From positions 434,001 to 498,000 of the forward strand of contig OZ251251.1 of NCBI GenBank assembly GCA_965240325.2: DNA of 64,000 nt, written 5' to 3'. The notes below the pieces were generated by a model, which was given only the letters and a program-made list of their open reading frames with translations, did not search any database and was not told the DNA's origin. How positions within the stretch are numbered: the first letter of the stretch is position 1; each line of letters starts with the position of its first letter. This DNA comes from Rebecca billardiae RCC1528 (lineage: Eukaryota > Protista > Haptophyta). Below, in pieces: positions 1 through 10,428 of this stretch. The position numbers and the translations under genes were made by a program.

Positions 1-3000
1 GCGCGCGGCGTGCGCGCCGCGCTCAACACCTGGCGCGACGCCGCGCCCGCCGCGGCCGCGGCGCGCGCGCTCGGCGGCCGCGCGGCGGCGGCGTGGGCGG
101 CGGGCGGCGCGGGCCGCGCGCTGCGCGCGTGGGCGGCCGCGGCGCGCGACGGCGCGGCGCTGGCGCGCGTGGCGCGCGCGTGGCGCGCGGCCGACGGCGC
201 GCGCGCGTGGCGCGCGCTCGACGCCGCCACCGCCGCGGGCCGCGCGCGCGCGCGCGCCGGCCGCCTGCTCGCGCGGCGGCGCGCGCGCGCGGCGGCGCGC
301 GCCGCGTGGGCGGCGTGGGCTGCGGACGCGGGCGGCGCGGCCGCGGCGGAGCGCGGCCGGCGGCGCGCGGCGGCGCGCTGGACGTCGGGCGCGCTGGGGC
401 AGTCGTGGGGGCACTGGGCGGCGTCGACGCGCGCGTACGGCGCGGGGCTCCTCGCCATCCTGCGCTGGACCAACGCGCGCCTCGCCGCCGCCCTCACCGC
501 GTGGGCCGACGGCGCGGCCGACGCGGCCGCGCGCCGCCGCGCCGCGGATGCGTGGGCGGCCGCGGACGCGCGCGCGCGCGCGCTGCGCGCGTGGCGCGTG
601 CACGCGGCGTGGGCGGCGGCGGCGCGCGGCGTGGCGCGCGCGGCGGTGCGCCGCTGGGCCGCCGTCTCCGTCCTGCGCGCCACGCGCGCCTGGGCCGCCA
701 ACGCGCGCGCGCGCCGGCTCGGCGGGCGCGCGGTGCGCGCGGCCGCGCGGCTGGCCGAGGCCTCGGCGCTGCGGACGTGGCAGGGCGCGGCGCGCGCGGC
801 CGCGCTGCGCGCGTGGTCGGCGCGCGCGTGGGCGTCGGCGGCGGCGGCGCGCGCGCTGCGCGGCTGGGCGCCCGCCGCCGCGCAGCGCGCCCGCCAGCGC
901 CGCGTCGCCGCCGCGTGGGCGCGCGCCGCCGAGGCGCGCGCGCTGCGCGCGCTCGCGGCGCGCGCCGCGGCCGCGGCCGCGGCGCGGCGCGGCGCGCGCG
1001 CGGCCGCGCTGCGCTGGGCGGGCGGCGCGCTGGGAGGCTCGTGGGCGGCGTGGGGCGAGGAGGTGGCGGCGCACGCGCGGATGCGCCGCGCGCTCGCCGC
1101 CGCGCGCGCCGACGGCGCCGCCGCCGCGCTGCGCGCGTGGGCCGCCGCGGCGCGCGCGGCGGCTCTCGGCGCGCGCGCGGGCCGCGCGCTCGCCGCCGGC
1201 GCGGCCGCGCGCGCGTGGCGCGCGTGGGCGGCCGCGGCCGCCGACGGGCGGCGCGGCGCGCACCGGCTGCGCGCGGGCACGCTGCGCTGGGCGGCGGGCG
1301 CGCTCGCGCGCTCGTGGGCCGAGTGGGCCGACGAGGCCGCCACCGTCGCCACCCTCCTCACCGCTGTCGTGCTCGCGCGCAACTATGGCGCGGGCCGCGC
1401 GCTGCGCGCGTGGGCGGCGGGCGCGCGCGGCCGCGCGCTGCGCGCGCGCGCCGCCGCGGTGCTCGCGGCGGACGGCGCGGGCGCGGCGGCGCTGCGCGCG
1501 CTGAACAGCTGGCGGGCGAACGCGCGCGAGCGCGCGCTCGCCGCCGCCGCCGCGCGCGCCGCGCGCGCGCCGCTCGCCGCGCCGCTCGCGGCGTGGGCGG
1601 CCGCGACCGCGGCGCGGCGCGCGCGCCGCGCGCGGCTGCTGCGCGCGGCCGCGCGCCTCGCCGCCGGCGGCACCGCGGCGGCGTTCGACGCGTGGGCGGC
1701 GGAGGCGCGCGGGCGCGCGCTGCTGCGCGCGGGCGCGCTCGTGCTCGCGGGCGCCAAGGTCGCCGCCGCCTTCCGCGCGTGGGCCGGCGCCACGCCGGCG
1801 CGCGGCGCGCTGCGCGCGCGCGCGCGCGCCGCGGCCGCGGCTGCGACGATCGGCGCCGGCCGCGGCGGCGCGGCGCGCGCGCTGCGCGCGTGGCGGCAGC
1901 ACGGCGCGCTGCGCGCGTACGCGGCGCTCGCGCTCGGCCGCGGCGCGCGCGCGTCGGCCGCGGCGCGCGCGCGCGACGCGCTGCGCGCCTGGCGCACCGC
2001 CGCGCTCGCCGCGCGCTTCGGCGCGGCCGCGCGCGCGCGCGGCGCGGCGCTCGCGCTGCGCGCGTGGGCGGCGGCGCGCGCCGAGCGCCGCGCGGCGCTC
2101 GACGGCGTCGAGCTCGCGCTGGGCGCGTGGGTGGGCGGCGCGCTCGCGTCGGCGTTCTCGCGCTGGCTCGACGCCGCCACCGCGCTCGCGCTCCTCCGCG
2201 CCGCCGCGCTGCCGCTCCTCGGCGGCCGCGCCGCGCGCGCGCTCGGCAGCTGGCGCGCCGCGGCCGCGGACGCGCGCCGCGGCGGCGCGGCGGCGCGCGC
2301 GTTCGCGGGCGGCGCGCGCGCGCGGTGCGTGGCGGCGCTGCGCGCGCACGCGGCCGCGCGGCGCGGCGCGGCGGAGGCGCTCGCCGGCCCCGCGCGCCGC
2401 TGGCGCGCCGGCGCGCTCGGCGCCGCGTACGCCGCGCTCGCCGACCACGCCGACGCGCGGCGCGCGGCGCGCGGCGCGCTGCGCTCCGGCTGGCGCGCGT
2501 GGGCGGGCGGCGCGCTGCGCGACAGCTGGGCGCACTGGCGCGAGGGCGGGCGCGCGGTGCGGCTGGGCGCGCGCGCGGCGGGCGCGCTGCGCGGCTCGGC
2601 GCGCGGCGCGGCGCTGCGCACCTGGGCCGCCGAGGCGCGCCGCCGCGCGCTGCGCGCGTACTCGGCGCTCGCGCTGCGCGGCGGCGCGCGCTGGCGCGCG
2701 CTGCGCGGCTGGCGCGACGCGGCCGCGGCGTGCGCCGCCGCCGCGGCCGAGCTGCGCGCGCGCGGCGCGCGGGTGGGCGCCGTGCTGCTCGCGCGCGGCG
2801 CGGCGCGCGCGACGCGCGCGTGGGCGGAGCACGCGCGGCTGCGCTCGCTCGAGGCGCGCGCCGCGCGCGCGCTCGGCGGCGGCGCGCGCTGGCGCGCGCT
2901 GCAGGCGTGGCGCGACGCGGCGGCGCGGCGGTCGGCGGCGCTCCTGACCCTGGCGTCGCGCGGCGCCGCGGCCGCGGCCGCGCTGCGGCTGCGCGCGCTC

Positions 3001-6000
3001 GCGCCGGCGTGGCGCGGCTGGCGCGCGCACGCGGCGCTCCGCGCGACGCAGGCGCGCGCGGCGCGCGCGCTCGGCGGCGGCGCGCGCTGGCGCGCGCTCG
3101 ATGGCTGGCGCGCGGCCGCGGCGCGGCGCGCGGCGGCGCTCCTGACGCTGACGTCGCGCGGCGCCGCGGCGGCGGCCGCGCTGCGCGGCCGCCGCGTCGC
3201 GCCGGCGTGGCGCGGCTGGCGCGAGCACGCGGCGCTCCGCGCGACGCAGGCGCGCGCGGCGCGCGCGCTCGGCGGCGGCGCGCGCTGGCGCGCGCTGCAG
3301 GCGTGGCGCGACGCGGCGGCGCGGCGCGCGGCGGCGCTCCTGACGCTGACGTCGCGCGGCGCCGCGGCCGCGGCCGCGCTGCGGCTGCGCGCGCTCGCGC
3401 CCGCGTGGCGCGGCTGGCGCGCGGCCGCGGCGCTCCGCGCGACGCAGGCGCGCGCGGCGCGCGCGCTGCGCGGCGGCCCGGCCGCGCGCGCGCTCGACGC
3501 GTGGCGCGCCGCGCTCGGCGCGCGCGCCGCGGCGGCGGCCGCGCTGCGCGCGCCCGCGGCGCGCGCCGCGGCCGCGCTGCGCGGCCGCGCGCTCGCGCCC
3601 GCGTGGCGCGGCTGGCGCGCGGCCGCGCGCGCGCGCGCGCTGCGCGCGTACTCGGCGCTCGCGCTGCGCGGCGGCGCGCGGTACCGCGCGCTGCGCGACT
3701 GGGCCGACACGGCGCGCCGCCGCCGCGCCGCGCGCGACGCGCTCCTCTCCGACGGCGAGCGCGCCGCGCGAGCGTTCGCCCACCGCGCGCTCGCGCCCGC
3801 GTGGCGCGCGTGGGCGCGCGGCGCGCGGCGGCGCGCGCTCGAGCGCCTCTCCGCGCTCGCGCTGCGCGGCGGCGCGCGCTGGCGCGCGCTCGACGCGTGG
3901 CGCCGCGGCGCGGGCGCGCGCGCCGCGCGCGCCGCCGCGCGGCGCGCGGGCGCGCGCGCCGCCGCCGCGCTGCGGCTGCGCGCGCTCGCGCCCGCGTGGC
4001 GCGGCTGGCGCGCGGCCGCGGCGCTGCGCGGTACGGAGGCGCGCGCGGCGCGCGCGCTGCGCGGCGGCGCGCGCTGGCGCGCGGTGCAGGCGTGGCGCGG
4101 CGCGGCGGCGGCGCGCGGCGCGGCGCGCGGCGCGCTGGCCGCGCGCGGCACCGCCGCCGCCGCCGCGCTGCGCCACCGCGCGCTCGCGCCCGCGTGGCGC
4201 GGCTGGCACGCGGCCGCGGCGCTGCGCGCGCTCGAGCGCGCGGCCGCGAGCGCGCTGCGCGGCGGCGGGCGCTGGCGCGCGCTGCAGGCGTGGCGCGACG
4301 GCGCGGGCGCGCGCGCGGCGGCGCGCGGCGCGCTGCGCGCGCGCGGCGCCGCCGCCGCGGCCGCGCTGCTCGCGCGCGCGCGCGCGCCGGCGTGGCGCGC
4401 GTGGGCCGCGCGCGCGCGGCTGCGCGCACTCGAGGCGCGCGCGGCGCGCGCGCTGCGCGGCGGCGCCGCGTGGCGCGCGCTGCAGCGCTGGCGCGCCGCC
4501 GCCGCCGCCGCGGCGGGCGTGGCGGCGGCGCTGCGCGGGGCGGCGGCGCGCGCGGCGGCCGCGCTCGCGCGCCGCCGCTCCGCGCCTGCGTGGCGCGCGT
4601 GGGCCCACTTCGCCGCGCGCCGCGCGCTGCGCGCGTACTCGGCGCTCGCGCTGCGCGGCGGCGCGCGCTGGCGCGCGCTGCGCGGCTGGCGCGACGCGGC
4701 CGCGGCGCGCGGCGCGCGCGCGCGCGCGCTCGCGACGCGCGGCGAGCGCGCGGCGCGCGCGCTGCGCGCGCGGCGCGCGGCGCCCGCGTGGCGCGCGTGG
4801 GCGCACGCCGCGCGCGCGCGCGCGCTCGAGCGCCTCTCCGCGCTCGCGCTGCGCGGCGGCGCGCGCTGGCGCGCGCTCGCGCGCTGGCGCGACGCATGTG
4901 CCGCGCGGCGGCGCGCGGCCGACCCGCTCGCGCGCGCCGCGCGCGTGGGCGCGCACGTGGCGCGGCGCTCGCAGGCGCGCGCGCTGCGCGGCTGGGCCGC
5001 GGCGGCGCGCGAGGCGCGGCAGCGCGGCCGCGCGCTCGCCGCCGCGCGCGGCGGCGCGCGCTGGCGCGCGCTCGACGGCTGGCGCTCGGCGGCGCGCGGC
5101 GCCGCGGCCGGCGCGGCCGCGCTGGCCGCGGGACGGCGCGCCGCGGCCACGCTCGGCGCGCGCCGCGTCGCGCCGGCGTGGCGCGCGTGGGCGGCGTTCG
5201 CGCACTGGGGCGCGCTGCGCGCGTACGCGGCGCTCGCGCTGCGCGGCGGCAAGCGCTGGCGCGCGCTCGACGGCTGGCGCACCGCCGCCGCCAGCGCGAG
5301 GCACAAGCGCGCCGCGGCCGCGGTCGGCGCGACCGCGGCCGCGGCGCTGCGGCAGCACGGCGCGGCGCGCGCGACGCGCGCGTGGGCGGCGGGCGCGCGG
5401 CTGCGCGCGCTCGAGGCGCGCGCGGCGCTCGCGCTGCGCGGCGGCGCCGCGTGGCGCGCGCTCCACCTCTGGCGCGCCGCCGCCGCCGCGCGCGCCGAGG
5501 CGGTGGCGGCGCTGCGCGCGCGCGCCGGCCGCGTCGCGGCCGCGCTGCGGCTGCGGCGCCAAGGCCCCGCGTGGCGCGGCTGGCGTCACTTCGCGCGGCG
5601 GCGCGCGCTGAGCCAGCTCTCGGCGCTCGCGCTGCGCGGCGGGAAGCGCTGGCGCGCGCTCGCGCGCTGGCGCCGCGCGGTCGCCGACCGCAGCGCCGCC
5701 GCGCTCGCCGCGCGCGCCGCGCGCGCGTGGCGCGGCGCGGCGGCCGGCCGCGCGGCGCGCGCGTGGGCGGCGCGCGCGGCCGCGCGCGCGCTGCGGCTGC
5801 GCGCCGCGCGCTCGCTGCGCCTCAGCCGCGCGGCGCGCGCGCTGCGCACGTGGCTGCGCGCGCACCGCGCCGCCGCCGCCGCCGCGCGCATCGCCCACGC
5901 CGCCGACCCGCGCGCGCGCCGCCGCGCGCCGATGCGCGCCGCGTGGCGCCGGCTGCGCGCGACCGCGGCCGCGGCGCGCGCGCTCGGCGGATCGGCGCGC

Positions 6001-7086
6001 GCCGCGGCCGACGCGCGCCGGCGCAAGGCGCTGCGCGCGCTCGGCGCCGCCGCGCGCGCGCGCCGCCTCTTCGCCGCGTCGCTGCTCGAGCGCGGCCTGC
6101 TCGCGCGCAAGCGCGTCGCGCGCCCGCGGCTGCGCGAGGGCGTGCGCACGCTGCGCGCGTACGCGGCGCGACGGCTCGCGTCGTCGCGCCGGCCGACGCC
6201 GCCGCGGCCGCCGCTCGCGCCGCCGCCGCCGCCGCCGCGCGCGCCGCCGCCCGCCGAGCCGCCCGCCGAGCTGCCCCCCGCGCTGCGCCGCTGGCGGCAC
6301 GCCGCGGCGGCGCGGCGCGCGCGCCGCGCGCGCGACGCGGCGGCGAGCCGCCGTCTGCGCGCGCGCTCCGCCGGCGCCGCGCCGGCCGAGCCGCGCGCGC
6401 TCGCCGACACAGCGGGCAACGCGCCGGCCGCGCTCGCGCGCGGCGTGCACGCGTGGCGCGCCTACTCGGACGGCGTGGCGCAGGGCGCGGCGGAGGCGCG
6501 CGCCGCGCGCGCCGCGCGCGCCGCGCGCGCCGACGCGCTCTCGCGCGCGCACGCGCACTGGCGCGTGCGCGCCGCCGCGCACCGCCAGTTCGCCTCGCAA
6601 AACCTGCGCTTTGCGTCGCTGCTCGCCTACGAGGATCGGCTGATTGAGGAGCTGGACCAGCGGCTCACCTCGCTCTCGCAGCTCTCGTCGGCGCACGGCG
6701 GCGCGGTGGGCGGGCTGCTCCGCTCGTCGGAGGACGCGCTGCTCCGCTCGGCGCGCACCAGCGCCGGCGGCGCGCGCGCAGGCTCCGCCTCGCCGCCCAC
6801 GCCGCCGCCCGGCGCCGCCGCGGGCGCGCTCGCCGGCCGGCGCGGCGGCGCGGTCACGCGCGCGCGCGCGCAGAGCTACGGCGGCGGGCTCGTGATCGAG
6901 CACACCGTCTCCTCGCGCGCGCACCGCGCCGCGACCGCCGCCGCGCGCGCGCGCGCCTCCGCCGGCGGCGGCTCGGCGCTCGGCTCGTCGTCGCGCGGCT
7001 ACTCGACGGGCGGCGCGCCGCTCGCGCTGCCGCTGCCGGTCGACCCGAGGCAGCGCCCGCCGTGGCGCCCGATCCACCGCGACTAG
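1..7086 (+). CDS. Giant Sfi1-like Trp-repeat protein (putative centrin-binding scaffold), 5'-truncated at the window edge
   Basis: Frame 1 is open from base 1 to TAG at 7084-7086. It carries dozens of A-x7-(A/L)L-x3-W-x2-W-R motifs (e.g. AAAALRLRALAPAWRGWR) that fit the Sfi1 repeat consensus A-x7-LL-x3-F/L-x2-W-K/R at about 33-aa spacing. The C-terminus has a coiled-coil-like segment (LLAYEDRLIEELDQRLTSL). Confidence 0.7.
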   Translation, partial: ARGVRAALNTWRDAAPAAAAARALGGRAAAAWAAGGAGRALRAWAAAARDGAALARVARAWRAADGARAWRALDAATAAGRARARAGRLLARRRARAAARAAWAAWAADAGGAAAAERGRRRAAARWTSGALGQSWGHWAASTRAYGAGLLAILRWTNARLAAALTAWADGAADAAARRRAADAWAAADARARALRAWRVHAAWAAAARGVARAAVRRWAAVSVLRATRAWAANARARRLGGRAVRAAARLAEASALRTWQGAARAAALRAWSARAWASAAAARALRGWAPAAAQRARQRRVAAAWARAAEARALRALAARAAAAAAARRGARAAALRWAGGALGGSWAAWGEEVAAHARMRRALAAARADGAAAALRAWAAAARAAALGARAGRALAAGAAARAWRAWAAAAADGRRGAHRLRAGTLRWAAGALARSWAEWADEAATVATLLTAVVLARNYGAGRALRAWAAGARGRALRARAAAVLAADGAGAAALRALNSWRANARERALAAAAARAARAPLAAPLAAWAAATAARRARRARLLRAAARLAAGGTAAAFDAWAAEARGRALLRAGALVLAGAKVAAAFRAWAGATPARGALRARARAAAAAATIGAGRGGAARALRAWRQHGALRAYAALALGRGARASAAARARDALRAWRTAALAARFGAAARARGAALALRAWAAARAERRAALDGVELALGAWVGGALASAFSRWLDAATALALLRAAALPLLGGRAARALGSWRAAAADARRGGAAARAFAGGARARCVAALRAHAAARRGAAEALAGPARRWRAGALGAAYAALADHADARRAARGALRSGWRAWAGGALRDSWAHWREGGRAVRLGARAAGALRGSARGAALRTWAAEARRRALRAYSALALRGGARWRALRGWRDAAAACAAAAAELRARGARVGAVLLARGAARATRAWAEHARLRSLEARAARALGGGARWRALQAWRDAAARRSAALLTLASRGAAAAAALRLRALAPAWRGWRAHAALRATQARAARALGGGARWRALDGWRAAAARRAAALLTLTSRGAAAAAALRGRRVAPAWRGWREHAALRATQARAARALGGGARWRALQAWRDAAARRAAALLTLTSRGAAAAAALRLRALAPAWRGWRAAAALRATQARAARALRGGPAARALDAWRAALGARAAAAAALRAPAARAAAALRGRALAPAWRGWRAAARARALRAYSALALRGGARYRALRDWADTARRRRAARDALLSDGERAARAFAHRALAPAWRAWARGARRRALERLSALALRGGARWRALDAWRRGAGARAARAAARRAGARAAAALRLRALAPAWRGWRAAAALRGTEARAARALRGGARWRAVQAWRGAAAARGAARGALAARGTAAAAALRHRALAPAWRGWHAAAALRALERAAASALRGGGRWRALQAWRDGAGARAAARGALRARGAAAAAALLARARAPAWRAWAARARLRALEARAARALRGGAAWRALQRWRAAAAAAAGVAAALRGAAARAAAALARRRSAPAWRAWAHFAARRALRAYSALALRGGARWRALRGWRDAAAARGARARALATRGERAARALRARRAAPAWRAWAHAARARALERLSALALRGGARWRALARWRDACAARRRAADPLARAARVGAHVARRSQARALRGWAAAAREARQRGRALAAARGGARWRALDGWRSAARGAAAGAAALAAGRRAAATLGARRVAPAWRAWAAFAHWGALRAYAALALRGGKRWRALDGWRTAAASARHKRAAAAVGATAAAALRQHGAARATRAWAAGARLRALEARAALALRGGAAWRALHLWRAAAAARAEAVAALRARAGRVAAALRLRRQGPAWRGWRHFARRRALSQLSALALRGGKRWRALARWRRAVADRSAAALAARAARAWRGAAAGRAARAWAARAAARALRLRAARSLRLSRAARALRTWLRAHRAAAAAARIAHAADPRARRRAPMRAAWRRLRATAAAARALGGSARAAADARRRKALRALGAAARARRLFAASLLERGLLARKRVARPRLREGVRTLRAYAARRLASSRRPTPPRPPLAPPPPPPRAPPPAEPPAELPPALRRWRHAAAARRARRARDAAASRRLRARSAGAAPAEPRALADTAGNAPAALARGVHAWRAYSDGVAQGAAEARAARAARAARADALSRAHAHWRVRAAAHRQFASQNLRFASLLAYEDRLIEELDQRLTSLSQLSSAHGGAVGGLLRSSEDALLRSARTSAGGARAGSASPPTPPPGAAAGALAGRRGGAVTRARAQSYGGGLVIEHTVSSRAHRAATAAARARASAGGGSALGSSSRGYSTGGAPLALPLPVDPRQRPPWRPIHRD
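2863..3480 (+). repeat. 198-bp coding tandem repeat (66 aa, two 33-aa Sfi1-type units), about 3 near-identical copies
   Basis: The anchor ctcctgac recurs at 2941, 3139 and 3337, exactly 198 bp apart. Confidence 0.85.
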
Positions 7087-7151
7087 CGCCTCCGGCCTCG
7101 CGCGCCCGGTACACATGATGTGTGTGTGTGTGTAGTGTATATATATATATA

Positions 7152-8235
7152 CAGGGGTCTCTATAAATAACGATTATATATTCAAATAATCGTCACATTC
7201 TGATTTCTGACTGAGCTGCACGCCACTGACGGACTCGCTCGCCCTGCGCCCCCCTGGGCCCCTGGCGGGCGGGCCGTGGCGCCCGGGCGGCCGGGCCCGA
7301 CCGGGCCAGGCGTCAGCGACGGGCCACGGGCTGGCAGTGGCGGGCTGATCCGGATATATCAGCCGCGCACGATCCGGGCGGCCCCCACGGCCCGTGCACG
7401 ACGGTTTCACGATCGACCCATCAGCGCGTCGTCAGCCCCAGCGCGCGTGGGCTGGATTGTTATTGGGCATGACACCAGCAGGTCGAGTGAACTCTCACGC
7501 GGCGGCTGCAGGCGTACAGCCTGTCGCAGCTGGCCCGTGTGGCCTGAATAACGGATCCTGGCACCGCAGGCTTTTTGTCGTCATCACTGGTCCGGTCGCG
7601 GGCAGTGTGGCCCACACAGATCAGTATAGGCCTAAATTGTGACGATGCTTATTGGCCAGTGGATAGTGGTACCCCCTAGGGAGGGCTGTATACCACCTGG
7701 GGGGCGGGAGCTCATAGGATGCAGCTGCTGTCAGCTGTGGCGGCAGCAGTGCCCGATATATATATAATCCCGTGCGCTCCCAGAGTCCCACCTGCGCAAG
7801 GACCTGTCGGGTCAGTTCCCCTGCACTGGGAGGCCAGCAGCAGCACCCGCTGACACACCCCGAGGGTGGCCAGCCACCCGACTTGAGGGGGCTGGAGTGG
7901 GGCTGGTGCAGCCAAGAGCTCCGCTGCAGCCTAGCTGCTGGTGGCTGGCCTGCATGGATTTTCAAGCTGACGACCACCGCCCACTGCTGCCTGCCGCACC
8001 CCTCGCTCGGCACCCACCTGCCACCTGGGCTGCTGCACATGCGCACTCTGGATGGATGGCACCACAGCGGACAGCCCAGCATGGAGAGCTGGCCAAGCAG
8101 CCACCCACTCGTCAGAAAGTATGGCCATCAGAGAGTGGGCTGTGCTAGACCACATATCTAGCCAGGCAATCAAGTGCTCACATGCCCGTCCATCAGTGGC
8201 ACAAACAGAGATACAGCTCATTGTTGAGACCCCTG
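7152..8235. mobile_element. Decayed non-autonomous TIR DNA-transposon relic
   Basis: CAGGGGTCTC (7152-7161) and its reverse complement GAGACCCCTG (8226-8235) bound the segment. The left end abuts a (TA)n run. The interior looks CpG-poor and TpG/CpA-rich relative to the genes. No clean TSD. Confidence 0.4.
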
Positions 8236-8722
8236 TGTACTGCTACGTATATGAATGCGTCATCATTAAGCTATATATATATATACGATTCATCATATAT
8301 CATCATCATCATCATCATCAATATTATCAGTGACAGCGCAGCGTCGTTCCGCGGCGCGGTCCTGCTTTTCGGCCCAGGACCAGCAACGCAGTTGCCGGCG
8401 GGGTGGCGCCGGCCGCCGCAGACTCTCAGATCGACAGCGGCGGCACACTCACAGTCACAGCAGTGCCGTTGCGCGGCTGCTCACTCACTCTCACTCTATG
8501 TGACTGACTCTGACGTCGCCAGTTTATTCGACGTTGTATACTACGCGCGTCGTAGTATTCATCAGCACCGTGATCGGTGATGCCACTGGTCGCGGCCTGC
8601 CAGACTGACGACAGCGCTGATGCTGAGCGGTACCGCCGATGCGGCATTGCGGGCGGCCATGGCGCCCGTCCGCCCCAGGGCCAGGGCCCGAGCGTGGCGC
8701 TCCATCATATGTATATATATAT

Positions 8723-10428
8723 GTCTAACCACTCCGCCATGCCCTGCTCGCTCGAAGCGTCGAGCACGACCGAGAGCTGGATGGTCGTGGCGTGAACTGC
8801 GTCTTGGGACAGTCCACGATGATGATCATGATTGGGACACGATCATGTTACATAGGTCGGGATTTTACCAACGAACGACGGGCGCGGGCAGTGCGGAGGC
8901 GCAGCTGCCCGTGGTCGAGAGGGCGCCCGTGAGGTCCGTCAGTCACGGAGGTCGACGGCCGATCTGGCTGACCAGACAGCACGGGTTGCACAGCACCGTT
9001 ATCCCAGACAGAGGGTGGGAGGGTGGGCAAACAGTGAACCGCCGCCGCGGAGCTGACGCGGCAGCACGTGAGCTGCTGGACGATAATGTGATGCCGGACG
9101 AGCGACGACGCGGCTGCGGTGCGGCGCTGCAGGGCGGAGGCGCTGACAGCAGCAACCTCACCGAGCAGAGGGGACTACCAAAGCAGCGTATACACCTCCT
9201 GTGTGCCGAGCTCACAAGAGTGGTCGGAGGAGAGTGTAGCGTGCGGTGTCGTGGGCCCCCTGCTCGGCTCGGCGCCTTGTGTCATGGCGCCCCCGTACCT
9301 TGGGCCGAGCCGCGCCGAGGCCAGAAGAGTCGCCTCGGATGGAACAGGAATCGCCGAGCAAGTCCTGCAGGCGGTGCCCGGTGCCGACCGGATTGGCTGC
9401 CGAAAAGGGGTCCGACCAGGACTGCGCGCGCTGGGCGGCGGGCGCCCCGGCCGGACAGCTGGTTGATGATGCCAAGCGAGCCGGATCTTGGTGTCGCTCT
9501 TAGACACTCAGTTATTGTGCCAATAACGCCACGTCTAACCACTCCGCCATGCCCTGCTCGCTCGAAGCGTCGAGCACGACCGAGAGCTGGATGGTCGTGG
9601 CGTGAACTGCGTCTTGGGACAGTCCACGATGATGATCATGATTGGGACACGATCATGTTACATAGGTCGGGATTTTACCAACGAACGACGGGCGCGGGCA
9701 GTGCGGAGGCGCAGCTGCCCGTGGTCGAGAGGGCGCCCGTGAGTCCCGTTTATAAGTTAGAGCGGGCGTCCAAGTAGTGGTTGATGAATCCCGTTAAAAG
9801 AAGAGAAAGATTGGGGACTGCGCGTAGCGTTCACACGCGCGCGGTGGCGCGGTGTGTGCCGCGTGTTGAGCGAGAGCGTGCGGCACATGGCGCGACGCGC
9901 GTGCGCGAGGCGTGCGCATATCTCAAACAGTGAACCGCCGCCGCGGAGCTGACGCAGCAGCACGTGAGCTGCTGGACGAGAATGTGATGCCGGACGAGCG
10001 ACGACGCGGCTGCGGTGCGGCGCTGCAGGGCGGAGGCGCTGACAGCAGCAACCTCACCGAGCAGAGGGGACTACCAAAGCAGCGTATACACCTCCTGTGT
10101 GCCGAGCTCACAAGAGTGGTCGGAGGAGAGTGTAGCGTGCGGTGTCGTGGGCCCCCTGCTCGGCTCGGCGCCTTGTGTCATGGCGCCCCCGTACCTTGGG
10201 CCGAGCCGCGCCGAGGCCAGAAGAGTCGCCTCGGATGGAACAGGAATCGCCGAGCAAGTCCTGCAGGCGGTGCCCGGTGCCGACCGGATTGGCTGCCGAA
10301 AAGGGGTCCGACCAGGACTGCGCGCGCTGGGCGGCGGGCGCCCCGGCCGGACAGCTGGTTGATGATGCCAAGCGAGCCGGATCTTGGTGTCGCTCTTAGA
10401 CACTCAGTTATTGTGCCAATAACGCCAC
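8723..10428. mobile_element. Non-autonomous element with split direct repeats (A-X-B-A-Y-B) inserted in a (TA)n microsatellite
   Basis: A = 8723-8933 and 9533-9743 (211 bp, no differences seen). B = 9028-9532 and 9924-10428 (505 bp, 2 substitutions seen). Unique X = 8934-9027, unique Y = 9744-9923. Flanks read ...TATATAT|GTCTAACC and ...GCCAC|ATATAT. Confidence 0.85.

Noticed and set aside
93-6647. 2184-aa frame-3 ORF and long antisense ORFs over the Sfi1-like gene
   Set aside because: Shadow frames. Extreme GC content removes stop codons and the translations are motif-free Arg/Ala/Gly.
8620-9777. 385-aa ORF across the split-repeat element
   Set aside because: It starts outside the element, runs through the (TA)n tract and shows no gag, RT, YR or transposase motif.
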